Under the pieces are notes generated by a model. The model did not search any database. It saw only the letters and a program-made list of their open reading frames with translations, and was not told the DNA's origin. Below, in pieces: positions 15,481-23,529 of a stretch of 34,543 nt of DNA. The translations under genes were made by a program, and so were the position numbers. The stretch lies in the NCBI GenBank assembly GCA_017555665.1, contig JAFZFY010000027.1, positions 1-34,543 on the forward strand, given 5' to 3'. The DNA comes from Pseudomonadota bacterium. GTDB taxonomy: Bacteria; Myxococcota_A; Bradymonadia; UBA4248. The stretch's first letter is position 1; every line of letters begins with the position of its first letter.

Positions 15481-17436
15481 ATGCGCAGGCACCGCCATCT
15501 GTTTGTTCTCGCATTTTCATGCATGCTGGGCATTTCCGGGCAGGCCTATGCACAGGGGCTGTCTGAACTCCCGCGCCTGATCGGTCAGCTCTCGCTGGAG
15601 GATGAGGATGCCGTGTGCAGCGCGCTGGAAAAGATGGGGCGCATTTGCGACGAGAGCTGCGTGCCTTTTGTGGCAGATGCGCTTCGCCATCACGAGCCTC
15701 GCGTGGTCATGGCGGCATGCAGGACGGCGCAGGCGCTTGCCAATCCGAGGCTTGCGCTTCCGCTTTTCGAGATCGTGCGCAATCATCCGCTCGATGAAGT
15801 CCGCGTCGCTGCGCTCAAGGCCCTGACACGCCTTCAGCGCGAAGGCGATTATGAGTCGCTTTTGATGACGGTGGGGGCTGAAAATTCAGGGGATCTGCAG
15901 AAGCGCATCATCCGTGTGCTGCCTGAATCTGTGGGCATACGCGAGGTAAAGCATTACGCGGGCCTTGCCAGAACGCACGCGCTTTCGTCGAGTGTGGCGG
16001 CGGCGTATCGCGCGCAGCCGATGTGCCTGCTCGAAACGCTTCTGGATGACCTTTCCGGCGCGCAGTCTGAGGCGGATTCACGCAATATCCTGCGAACGAT
16101 GCGCCTGCTCCTTGATGGCGCGGATCGCGATGCGCCGATATCGCCCCGGAATGTCGGGCTGCTCTGGGGTTATCCCGAATTTGTCGAAGAGATCGCGCCG
16201 GTCGAGGCACGCCTGGGAACGCCCGATGCCGTGCGCTTTCTCCTCACGTATCTCGACCGCCTTTCGGCGCCGGTCATGCTCGATGTGCTGCATGCGCTTC
16301 GCGGCGAAGCCGCCGAGATGTTTTCGGATGCCGTGATTGAGAGCGGTTCGTACAGCAGGTTTATGGCAGATCCGGCGTTGAAACGAGCTTTTTTCAGGCT
16401 TAAAAACACCTCGGCGCATGCGCGTGAGCTTGCGTTTTCACTGTGGCGTGACCGCGAGACGGCGGCTGACGGCCTGCGCATGCTCGGCGCGTTTTCGGAG
16501 GATCCCGATGTCCGTGCGATCGTCCTCCGCGCGCTGGGGGCGGGCGGTGCCGTCTCGCTTCAGGCCATGCATATCGCCGCGTCATCCCCGTTGTACTGGC
16601 CGGATCTCGTGCAGATCGTGTCTGCGCATTCGGCAGACGATCATCTCGGCATTTCCTATTATGCGCGGTGGGCGATGGTCGAACACGTCAGGCAGTATCC
16701 GGGGCTAGACACGGATGCGGCTTGTGCCGAAGCGCTCGGCGTTTGGCGCGATCCGAAGCGGTTTCACGCGGAACCCGCGCTGTGGCTGATGCAGGCGGCT
16801 TCCTGCCTGCCTGATATGATCTCTGCGGCGCAGTTTGCCGGACTCAGGCCCGATATGAAATGCGCCTATCTTCGCGCGTTTGCCGCGCATTTGCCGCCTG
16901 AACTCGTCTCGGCGGCGCTTCGTGACCGCGATCAGGCGGTCGCATCCCAGATGCTTCGGCTGCTTCCCGGACGCGGCGATGCGGACAGCCTGCTGCCGGA
17001 TGCGTTGCTTCTGCAAATGCTCGACACGCCGCTTGTCATTCAGGCTGCGGTGACTGCCGGGCTGCTCGGACGCACCGTGTGTCTCGAAAAACTCCAGTCG
17101 CTTCTCACGCATCCCGACGTGCGCGTGGCATACAATGCCCTCTGGGGGCTTCAGAAGATGCATGCCCTTCCCAACCGCGACTGGCTCAAGGCGCTCTATT
17201 ACCGCGCGCCTGACGGCGTTCTGCGCGACAGGCTCAAGTTCCTCGCCGGATTCGCCCCCGAAAACGAGCATCTGCCGATGTCCGAGCTTTCCACGCATCA
17301 GGTGCTTGAGCCGGGGCAGACGCTTCAGATCGTCGATCGCGACAAGCCTGCCGCGCATCAGAACGTGTCGATCATGCTTGAGGATCAGTCCCTTCTGGAT
17401 ACGCAGACAAATGTTTTCGGGATGATCTTTTTGTGA
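15481..17436 (+). CDS. Exported HEAT/armadillo-repeat protein
   Basis: Signal peptide MRRHRHLFVLAFSCMLGISGQAYA-QG. HEAT-like helical hairpins recur, for example VPFVADALRHHEPRVVMAACRTAQALANPRLALPLFEIVRNHPLDEVRVAALKAL. The gene starts 23 nt after cdaR. Confidence 0.72.
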   Translation: MRRHRHLFVLAFSCMLGISGQAYAQGLSELPRLIGQLSLEDEDAVCSALEKMGRICDESCVPFVADALRHHEPRVVMAACRTAQALANPRLALPLFEIVRNHPLDEVRVAALKALTRLQREGDYESLLMTVGAENSGDLQKRIIRVLPESVGIREVKHYAGLARTHALSSSVAAAYRAQPMCLLETLLDDLSGAQSEADSRNILRTMRLLLDGADRDAPISPRNVGLLWGYPEFVEEIAPVEARLGTPDAVRFLLTYLDRLSAPVMLDVLHALRGEAAEMFSDAVIESGSYSRFMADPALKRAFFRLKNTSAHARELAFSLWRDRETAADGLRMLGAFSEDPDVRAIVLRALGAGGAVSLQAMHIAASSPLYWPDLVQIVSAHSADDHLGISYYARWAMVEHVRQYPGLDTDAACAEALGVWRDPKRFHAEPALWLMQAASCLPDMISAAQFAGLRPDMKCAYLRAFAAHLPPELVSAALRDRDQAVASQMLRLLPGRGDADSLLPDALLLQMLDTPLVIQAAVTAGLLGRTVCLEKLQSLLTHPDVRVAYNALWGLQKMHALPNRDWLKALYYRAPDGVLRDRLKFLAGFAPENEHLPMSELSTHQVLEPGQTLQIVDRDKPAAHQNVSIMLEDQSLLDTQTNVFGMIFL

Positions 17437-17581
17437 ACGCCGCTATGCCTGCGGCATACGCGTCGTCTGTGGCGCGCCTATCGCTTCCGCGATACGCCGC
17501 GCTCCGGCCTTTTGAACGCCGCTATGCCTGCGGCATACGCGTCGTCTGTGGCGCGCCTATCGCTTCCGCGATACGCCGCGC
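17434..17581 (+). repeat. Perfect 69-bp direct duplication (period 79 bp), each copy carrying two TAT/ATA-C hairpins
   Basis: 17434-17502 and 17513-17581 are identical by eye. Each copy holds CGC-TAT-GCC-tgc-GGC-ATA-c-GCG (17441-17462, 17520-17541) and GCGCGcC-TAT-CGC-ttcc-GCG-ATA-c-GcCGCGC (17472-17502, 17551-17581). The duplication fills the whole convergent spacer. Confidence 0.95.
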
Positions 17582-17583
17582 CT

Positions 17584-17937
17584 TCACAGGTCGCTGTATT
17601 TTTTCCGCGAACCGCGCGCCTTCGAGACCGGATATTTGGCTGCATTTTTCGCGATCTTGTCGGCGAAAGCCTTTGGCAGATCAACGCCTGCGCGTTCGCA
17701 GAAATTCAGCAGGCAGATCAGGACATCGGCTGCCTCTTCGGATACAGCCGTTTCTTTGGATTCCGGAATGTTTTCACCGTCGCGTGTCCATAAGAAGCAT
17801 TCCAGAAGTTCGGCTGCTTCGACGGAGAGGCACATCGCGAGATTTCTCGGGCTGTGGAACTGATCCCAGTCTCTGTCCTGATTGAATTGTCTGAGGGTTG
17901 CCTGCATCTCGCGCAGGCTGTCGTGATCGGTAGTCAT
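17584..17937 (-). CDS. MazG-like all-alpha NTP pyrophosphohydrolase, DCTPP1/RS21-C6 type
   Basis: FNQDRDWDQFHSPRNLAMCLSVEAAELLECFLW and EEAADVLICLLNFCERAGVDL match the RS21-C6/dCTP pyrophosphatase signature (ERDWEQFHQPRNL...GE..EL...FQW, E..DVLIYL). The start ATG overlaps the upstream stop as ATGA at 17934-17937. Confidence 0.88.
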   Translation of the reverse strand: MTTDHDSLREMQATLRQFNQDRDWDQFHSPRNLAMCLSVEAAELLECFLWTRDGENIPESKETAVSEEAADVLICLLNFCERAGVDLPKAFADKIAKNAAKYPVSKARGSRKKYSDL

Positions 17938-19169
17938 GGCTTGCTGAATACGAGGATATATTCGATCTTTTTCATCTTGGTTGCAGGATCGAAACGTTCG
18001 ACAGATGCAGATGTCACGAAGCTGAGCTTTGCCTTTTCAGCCGCCTGAATGGTCGGTTTCGCCACTCGGAGGAGTTTGCCAGCTTGCATGCCTTCGCCTA
18101 CGACGATCGCGAGGTGGCCGCCTTTGACGAGCGCATTTGCACTTGCCTGGATCCAGTTGTCGGTATCCTTGAGCCAGGCTTCATAAGCCGCTTTGACCTG
18201 TTTGAATGCGCGACGAGAGCCGATCTCTTCTTTTTCACGCATATCGAGATTGAACCATGCCTGTCGGAGCTGCTGTAGCGGCAAATAGTCGTATGTGCCG
18301 GGGTAGGGGGGCGACGTGATGATCGTGTCGACGTTGTCGAAATTGGGATGTCGAGCATCTGCCAGGGTGATCATGGCCGGAGCCGTGCCGGGGGGCACGA
18401 GTGTCTGCAGTTCGGCAAGCTGTGCCGTGTATTCCTTTGATTTTTCTTTAAAAGCGCGAAGCACAGCCCCGTTTTTGCGCGGAATATAGACGACTTTGTT
18501 AGACGTGTCCGAGGCGCGTAAGCTGTATTTGACGACGAGGCTTGAGAAGATGGCCTGCATCAGCGGTTTCAGCTCGCTTTCGTAGTTTCGGATCGCGTCG
18601 TGCAGGCAGGCGAGTTCGTCAAAGCAGTTGGTCTTGTACCAGCTTTTGTATTTGAGGATGGCGGGATGCAGATAGACATGGCGTTTGTCATCCATGGCCT
18701 GAGCCGCGATCTGGTGGATATCGTCGAGTTCCTTGGACAGCCGTGTGAGCTGTTCCTGGGAGAGAAGCGCAGTGCGCGCAGTGGAGACGAGCGTGGCGAC
18801 CGGGTTGAGGTCAGAGCCGAAAACCTGGCGTCCGGCGATCAGGGCTTCGACGAGAAGCGTGCCGCCGCCACAGAAGGGGTCAGCAAGCGTTTTGCCGGGC
18901 AGTGCTTCGAGCAGCAGACGGGCGGCTTCCGGGTGCAATCTCGCCGGATAGGAATGAAAACCTTGTGTGGCGCGCTTGAATTCACCGCTTGATCTCAGCG
19001 CGGTCACGCATTTCTTGCCGAGTTCCATATCGCCTTCGATATGCGCTTTGCCTGCGCTGACCTGACCGCTGATGCGTTTTTTGGCATCACCCAGGTTGAC
19101 GCGTTTGGGGAGCCCCGTGAGATCCTGAAGATCCCCATGGGAGATATATTCGTTTGAGTGCTTGGGCAT
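17934..19169 (-). CDS. SAM-dependent methyltransferase, DNA N4-cytosine/N6-adenine type (motif I then a long insert then SPPY), with no visible restriction partner
   Basis: FHSYPARLHPEAARLLLEALPGKTLADPFCGGGTLLVEA (AdoMet motif I, about aa 97-103) is followed about 180 aa later by DTIITSPPYPGTYDY (motif IV, about aa 286-289). This order fits an alpha-like arrangement. Confidence 0.78.
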   Translation of the reverse strand: MPKHSNEYISHGDLQDLTGLPKRVNLGDAKKRISGQVSAGKAHIEGDMELGKKCVTALRSSGEFKRATQGFHSYPARLHPEAARLLLEALPGKTLADPFCGGGTLLVEALIAGRQVFGSDLNPVATLVSTARTALLSQEQLTRLSKELDDIHQIAAQAMDDKRHVYLHPAILKYKSWYKTNCFDELACLHDAIRNYESELKPLMQAIFSSLVVKYSLRASDTSNKVVYIPRKNGAVLRAFKEKSKEYTAQLAELQTLVPPGTAPAMITLADARHPNFDNVDTIITSPPYPGTYDYLPLQQLRQAWFNLDMREKEEIGSRRAFKQVKAAYEAWLKDTDNWIQASANALVKGGHLAIVVGEGMQAGKLLRVAKPTIQAAEKAKLSFVTSASVERFDPATKMKKIEYILVFSKP

Positions 19170-19264
19170 AGTATTCCTCGAAGAACAACGCTGATGCGCA
19201 GGTCAGGGGCTGATGGACGCGTTTCCCGGCCTGCATGCGTAAAGGGATGGAGTGTCAGTGATCA

Positions 19265-20437
19265 CTAGTCATGATCTGCGGTGGAGGGGCCGCGTCTGCC
19301 GAGTTCGTATCTCGCCACTTCGCAGGGGATCGGGCCGTTGTATGTCGGGATGCGTTCGGCCGGTTTCATATGCATATTCTTTTTGAGCAGTTCCGGCACC
19401 GAAATGATCGTCAGAGAGGCGTCGTTGAATGTGCGGAGATGTCTGCCCAGCTGGTAATAGAATTCGGGGAGTTCCAGATCATTGACGGTGATGCGTTCCC
19501 CGTAAGGTGGATTGGTGACGAGGACAGCCGGGGTTGGTCTGAGCTTGAGGATATCGCCTTTGGAGAACTCGATCAGCTCTGCCACGCCGGCTGTCTGGGC
19601 ATTATTCTGCGCGATATCGAGCGCGGAATCATCGATATCGATGGCTCGGATAGACGCATTGAGGCTTTTGCGCGTCCGTTTTGAGAGGTCTCTTGCCTCT
19701 TCACGGAGCTGGCGCCAGGAAGCGGCATAATCGGGAAAGCAGGGCAGTGTTTCAAAGCCGAAGTGTCTTTGGATGCCAGGTGCGGTGTTTGTGGCGTGCA
19801 GCGCCGCTTCGATGGCGAACGTGCCTGAACCGCACATGGGGTCGATGAAACCTGATGTTTCGGGATCCCAGTTGCTGACCGCGATCATGGATGCCGCGAG
19901 TGTTTCGCGGATCGGTGCCTGGAGCTGTCGGCGGCGGTAGCCGCGCATATTGAGCGGATCGCCTTGAAGTTCCAGAAAGACTCTGGCGCGCCGCTGAACG
20001 ACTTGAAGGCCGATGACGATATCTGGGCGTTCCGTGTCTATCGAGGCGCGCTGCCCCCATTTGTCACGCATGTGGTCAACGATACCGTCTTTGAGCTTGA
20101 GGGAAAGATAGACGCTGTTTGTAAACTTCTTGTCGTTGACATGCGCACGGATGCAGAAAGTCGATGTCGGCGAGAACCAGGGCTCAAGCGGCAGGTTTCT
20201 GCCGAGATCGTAGATGGCATCTTCGTGAGGGGCGTAGCATTCTCCGAGGAGAAGCTCGATTTTGTTTGCGATACGCGACCAGAGGCATAATTTCATGGCC
20301 GTTATGAAAGATGTGTCAAAACGGATGCCGCCGGCCGAAGGTGTCGTGTGTTCGATGCCCAGTGCGTGCAGTTCATGATCGAGCTGTGTTTCAAAACCGC
20401 GGGCACAGGTCGCGAGAAAGGCATAAGAGTTTGTCAT
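19265..20437 (-). CDS. THUMP-domain class I SAM-dependent RNA methyltransferase (RlmL N-terminal-half/YpsC-like)
   Basis: THUMP-like N-terminus, then DPMCGSGTFAIEAA (motif I) and LVTNPPYGERI (motif IV). Length is 390 aa. Confidence 0.85.
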   Translation of the reverse strand: MTNSYAFLATCARGFETQLDHELHALGIEHTTPSAGGIRFDTSFITAMKLCLWSRIANKIELLLGECYAPHEDAIYDLGRNLPLEPWFSPTSTFCIRAHVNDKKFTNSVYLSLKLKDGIVDHMRDKWGQRASIDTERPDIVIGLQVVQRRARVFLELQGDPLNMRGYRRRQLQAPIRETLAASMIAVSNWDPETSGFIDPMCGSGTFAIEAALHATNTAPGIQRHFGFETLPCFPDYAASWRQLREEARDLSKRTRKSLNASIRAIDIDDSALDIAQNNAQTAGVAELIEFSKGDILKLRPTPAVLVTNPPYGERITVNDLELPEFYYQLGRHLRTFNDASLTIISVPELLKKNMHMKPAERIPTYNGPIPCEVARYELGRRGPSTADHD

Positions 20438-20450
20438 GGATCAGTGTGCA

Positions 20451-20485
20451 AAAAAGAGAAAAAAAACAGCCGCCGAAAGGCGGCT
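20451..20485 (-). terminator. Rho-independent terminator of the kinase gene
   Basis: Minus strand reads AGCCGCC-tttc-GGCGGCT followed by GTTTTTTTTCTCTTTTTT. It lies about 27 nt after the stop at 20512. Confidence 0.78.
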
Positions 20486-20511
20486 ATTACGAATCGGGAC
20501 AAACGGGGATA

Positions 20512-21792
20512 TCAGAAGATGTAGATGAGGGCGATCAGACCGGCAATGACACCGCACAGCAATATGATCAGGATGATCCACAAGATTGCATTGTTGTCTG
20601 AGTCGTCGTCTATCGGTTCGATATAACCGGGTGTGCCAGGAATATTGGGCAGGCCGGCAACGCCGGGCACGCTGTTATGGGGCGTGGAAGCCATGTTGGG
20701 ATTTCCAGCATAGACATCCTGTTTGTTATTGGCGGCTGCGCCGACGGGAATCGGTCCGGCATTTCCGACATTAGGCAGATCCTTGAGGAAACCGCTGATA
20801 TCGGAGATATCGATGGCGCTTGTTTTATCGCTGTCCTGTTCAGTAACGCCTTCACCGGTCGTCAGATATCGCCGCAGATCGTCTGCGAACTCAGACGCGT
20901 TGTGCTGACGCAGGGTTGGATCAGCATGGAGTGCACGGGCGATAACCGTCCAGAGCTGATAAGGAATATTCGGCGGCACAGCGATATCCTCATCGCGCTG
21001 CGAAGTACGCATATTGAGGAATTGGAGCAGGGCTTTGGCAAATTCGCTCTGCGGCGCATTGGGGGGCGGCGAGAACACGAACAGCTTTTTACCGACAAGC
21101 ATCTCATAAAAGATGAGACCGAGGCTGTACACGTCTGTCCAGGTGTCTGTTTTGGACTGTGATTCATCCTGAAGCGACGGGTCAGAGAATTGTTCCGGCG
21201 CCATGTATTCGGGAGTACCGGCCAGAACGCCTTTATCAAGGTTATCGGCAAAGTCCTTGCCTTCCATGATATCTTCGCTTTCGAGAAGCTTGCAAAGTCC
21301 CTGAGCGTCTTTGATCAGACCGAGATCCATCAGTTTGACCTGATGGCTACGCGTGATCATGATATTGTCTGGCTTCACATCTCGGTGAACGACGCCGAGC
21401 TGATGCAGACCACCGAATGCATCGCACAGCTGCAAGATGAGATCACAGCATTCGCGTATTGGCCAGACGCGACGGCGCTTCAACGCTTCTTTAAGCGTCA
21501 TGCCGTCTACAAATTCCATGATGAGATATGGATAGCCTTCCGGCGTGATGCCATCCGCATAATACTTCACAAGGTAATCATTCGGGGGAAGCTCGCGCAA
21601 TACCTTGATCTCTCGACTGAAACGAATGCGGGCATCTGCCACAAGATTATACTGAATCTTGACCGCACAACCCTGCCCGTTCGGGGCAGTCGCGTAATAG
21701 ACGTAGGCAAATGCACCCGAGCCAACGAATCGCTCGATCCGATAGCCCCCCGAAAGCGTAAAGCCTACATAACGATTTTTATCCAGAGCCAT
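20512..21792 (-). CDS. Hanks-type Ser/Thr protein kinase with a C-terminal tail anchor
   Basis: G-loop GSGAFAYVY, AVKI lysine, catalytic loop HRDVKPDNIM, then DLG and GTPEYMAPEQ. A Pro/Gly-rich linker follows. A single TM segment (ILWIILIILLCGVIAGLIALIYIF) forms the extreme C-terminus. Confidence 0.92.
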   Translation of the reverse strand: MALDKNRYVGFTLSGGYRIERFVGSGAFAYVYYATAPNGQGCAVKIQYNLVADARIRFSREIKVLRELPPNDYLVKYYADGITPEGYPYLIMEFVDGMTLKEALKRRRVWPIRECCDLILQLCDAFGGLHQLGVVHRDVKPDNIMITRSHQVKLMDLGLIKDAQGLCKLLESEDIMEGKDFADNLDKGVLAGTPEYMAPEQFSDPSLQDESQSKTDTWTDVYSLGLIFYEMLVGKKLFVFSPPPNAPQSEFAKALLQFLNMRTSQRDEDIAVPPNIPYQLWTVIARALHADPTLRQHNASEFADDLRRYLTTGEGVTEQDSDKTSAIDISDISGFLKDLPNVGNAGPIPVGAAANNKQDVYAGNPNMASTPHNSVPGVAGLPNIPGTPGYIEPIDDDSDNNAILWIILIILLCGVIAGLIALIYIF

Positions 21793-22135
21793 ATCGCTAA
21801 AAAATTAAAGAACAACGGAACCGTGTAGCTAATACACACCAACACGCACTCCATATCGTACAAATCGTGTCAAATGGCAAGTATTTAGCGTTTGCCGTTG
21901 TCCTTTTTTGATGTGACGATGCCGTCATGGGCTGTATGCATCTGCTTGATCGCTTGAAATTTCAATCGCTTGGTGGCTCTGTGATGCGTCGTGATGCACG
22001 CATGATCAGGCCATGGGCAGTCTCTGGATGCGTGCTTTCTGGCGGCTGTGGATCGCGCGTCCCCGGGCATCCACCCGCTGCTACCTGGCACGCGATCAGA
22101 GCGGATGACGCGTGACGATATTTGCACTTGCCTGA

Positions 22136-22164
22136 TTGACAATCCTTGAAATTGGCATGATATT
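22136..22164 (+). promoter_or_regulatory. Candidate sigma70 promoter for the OmpA-like gene
   Basis: TTGACA (22136-22141), 17-nt spacer, GATATT (22159-22164). About 80 nt upstream of the ATG at 22246. Confidence 0.5.
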
Positions 22165-22245
22165 TTCTATATTAAAACGGCTTTGAGCCCGTTCCCTGTA
22201 TGGGCTCAGGCTTTGGCGGCGGTCACGTTTCTTCCGGAGGTATTC

Positions 22246-23253
22246 ATGAAACACTTTATGCCAGCTGTCCTTTTGGCAGGTTCGATGGTCTTTCTTTCGG
22301 CGCAAGCTCAGGCTGAACCGCTCAAGTATGAATTGTTGCAGATGCATCTGTCTGATCAGCCTGCCCAGATGCGCGTCATTGCCAATGAAGAACTTACAGA
22401 CGTGGATGTCGCGATTACGCGTTGTGCGCCTCAGGTGATCCGCAAACACCTCGATATCATGAAAAAGGGGAGCGTCGAGACGCTCAAGTGGATGCAGGCG
22501 CCCGGAAAACATACCTGCGGCATCCGTATCACGGCAACAGGTGCTATGGGGACGGTCTGGACGGTCGACAGCGAGCATGAGTTCATCTCGACCAGCCAGA
22601 TCGATCTTTATGTCAATCTTCGCGAGCTTTCCCCGGAAATGAGCGATGTGATGCTTCGCTCTTCGCGAAAGTTTAATAAGGCATCGATCGTTGTCACGGC
22701 TGAGGACGGCTCAAAGATCGATTCTGTCGAGAAGAACACGGGAGCCGTTTCGGAATATCGGATTTCATGGACCCCGAATGGTAAAAAGCCGGCGTTGCTG
22801 GAGATCAAGATCGAGGATAACACCGGTGCATGGGCATCCAACACGATTATGTATTTCCAGATTCCCCATACCGATGTCGTCTTTGATACGAACAAGTATG
22901 ATATCCGTGCCGATCAGGAAGGCTACCTTCAGGAAGCACTCGACAGGGTGCAGGAAATCGTCAGGAAATTCGATCATGTCGCGGCAGATCTTTACATCAC
23001 AGGCCATACGGATACGGTGGGGTCAGCGGCATCGAACGAAAAACTCAGCATGAACCGTGCGCATAGCATCGCCTCCTGGTTTGCACGGCACGGTCTGTCT
23101 ATTCCCGTGTATTATCGCGGGGCTGGCGAGCGTTCGCTTGCGGTCAATACGCCGGATAACACGCCGAATGAGGCTAACAGGCGGGCGGTTTATATCCTTT
23201 CGAACAACCCGCCGATCGAAGAGAAACCGCTCGGGGCATGGAAAAAGCTGTAA
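22246..23253 (+). CDS. OmpA-family peptidoglycan-binding protein with two N-terminal beta-rich modules
   Basis: GGAGG lies at 22236-22240. Signal peptide MKHFMPAVLLAGSMVFLSAQAQA. The C-terminal OmpA_C motif is ITGHTDTVGSAASNEKLSMNRAHSIASWF ... NRRAVYIL. Confidence 0.86.
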   Translation: MKHFMPAVLLAGSMVFLSAQAQAEPLKYELLQMHLSDQPAQMRVIANEELTDVDVAITRCAPQVIRKHLDIMKKGSVETLKWMQAPGKHTCGIRITATGAMGTVWTVDSEHEFISTSQIDLYVNLRELSPEMSDVMLRSSRKFNKASIVVTAEDGSKIDSVEKNTGAVSEYRISWTPNGKKPALLEIKIEDNTGAWASNTIMYFQIPHTDVVFDTNKYDIRADQEGYLQEALDRVQEIVRKFDHVAADLYITGHTDTVGSAASNEKLSMNRAHSIASWFARHGLSIPVYYRGAGERSLAVNTPDNTPNEANRRAVYILSNNPPIEEKPLGAWKKL

Positions 23254-23359
23254 ACGCGATCGGGCGTGCGTGTGATGCGCCGGGGGCGGTCTGGGGCTGC
23301 CGTATGTGATGCCGGCATCAAGGAGCGTCGAGGGGGTAGCGGCGTATGCGCGCAGCCCT

Positions 23360-23422
23360 GCAAGCGACGCACGTCGCTTGCTGGGCGAGCACATAGACGC
23401 GCAGGGGGAGTCTTCCCCCTGC
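23360..23422. other. Two consecutive perfect GC-rich stem-loops in a convergent spacer
   Basis: GCAAGCGA-cgcacg-TCGCTTGC (23360-23381) and GCAGGGGGA-gtct-TCCCCCTGC (23401-23422). No adjacent T-run, so function is unassigned. Confidence 0.4.
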
Positions 23423-23492
23423 CAAAAGAATCATCATGGAAACTGCTTTGCGCGGATTGTTTGAATTGAAGCCGATCTGGGGATGATTCCGT

Positions 23493-23522
23493 AAAAAAAA
23501 AAAAAAGGAGGCTTGCGCCTCC
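23493..23522 (-). terminator. Rho-independent terminator of the Cys-rich lipoprotein gene
   Basis: Minus strand reads GGAGGC-gcaa-GCCTCC followed by T14 (plus-strand A-run 23493-23506). It lies 8 nt after the stop at 23530. Confidence 0.88.
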
Positions 23523-23529
23523 TTTGGGG

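Noticed and set aside
17433-17885. ORFs of 150 aa (17433-17885) and 93 aa (17512-17793) that both begin MNAAMPAAYASSVARLSLPRYAA.
   Set aside because: The identical N-termini are a by-product of the 69-bp intergenic duplication. The rest of each ORF runs antisense through the well-supported mazG-like gene.
17934-20437. A restriction-modification, BREX or DISARM-type defence locus around the methyltransferase genes.
   Set aside because: I looked for an endonuclease, helicase, ATPase, specificity subunit or PglZ-like partner on both strands within about 5 kb. I found only a THUMP RNA methyltransferase, the small MazG-like enzyme, a kinase and a HEAT-repeat protein. The methyltransferase is therefore treated as an orphan (see findings).
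21793-22245. Small ORFs (85 aa minus at 21885-22142, 62 aa plus at 21927-22115) or a structured ncRNA in the 450-bp kinase/OmpA divergent spacer.
   Set aside because: The ORFs lack an RBS and have biased Arg/Ser/Cys composition. I could not recognise any known ncRNA core (SRP, tmRNA, RNase P, 6S or common riboswitch motifs). Only the promoter and palindrome are reported.
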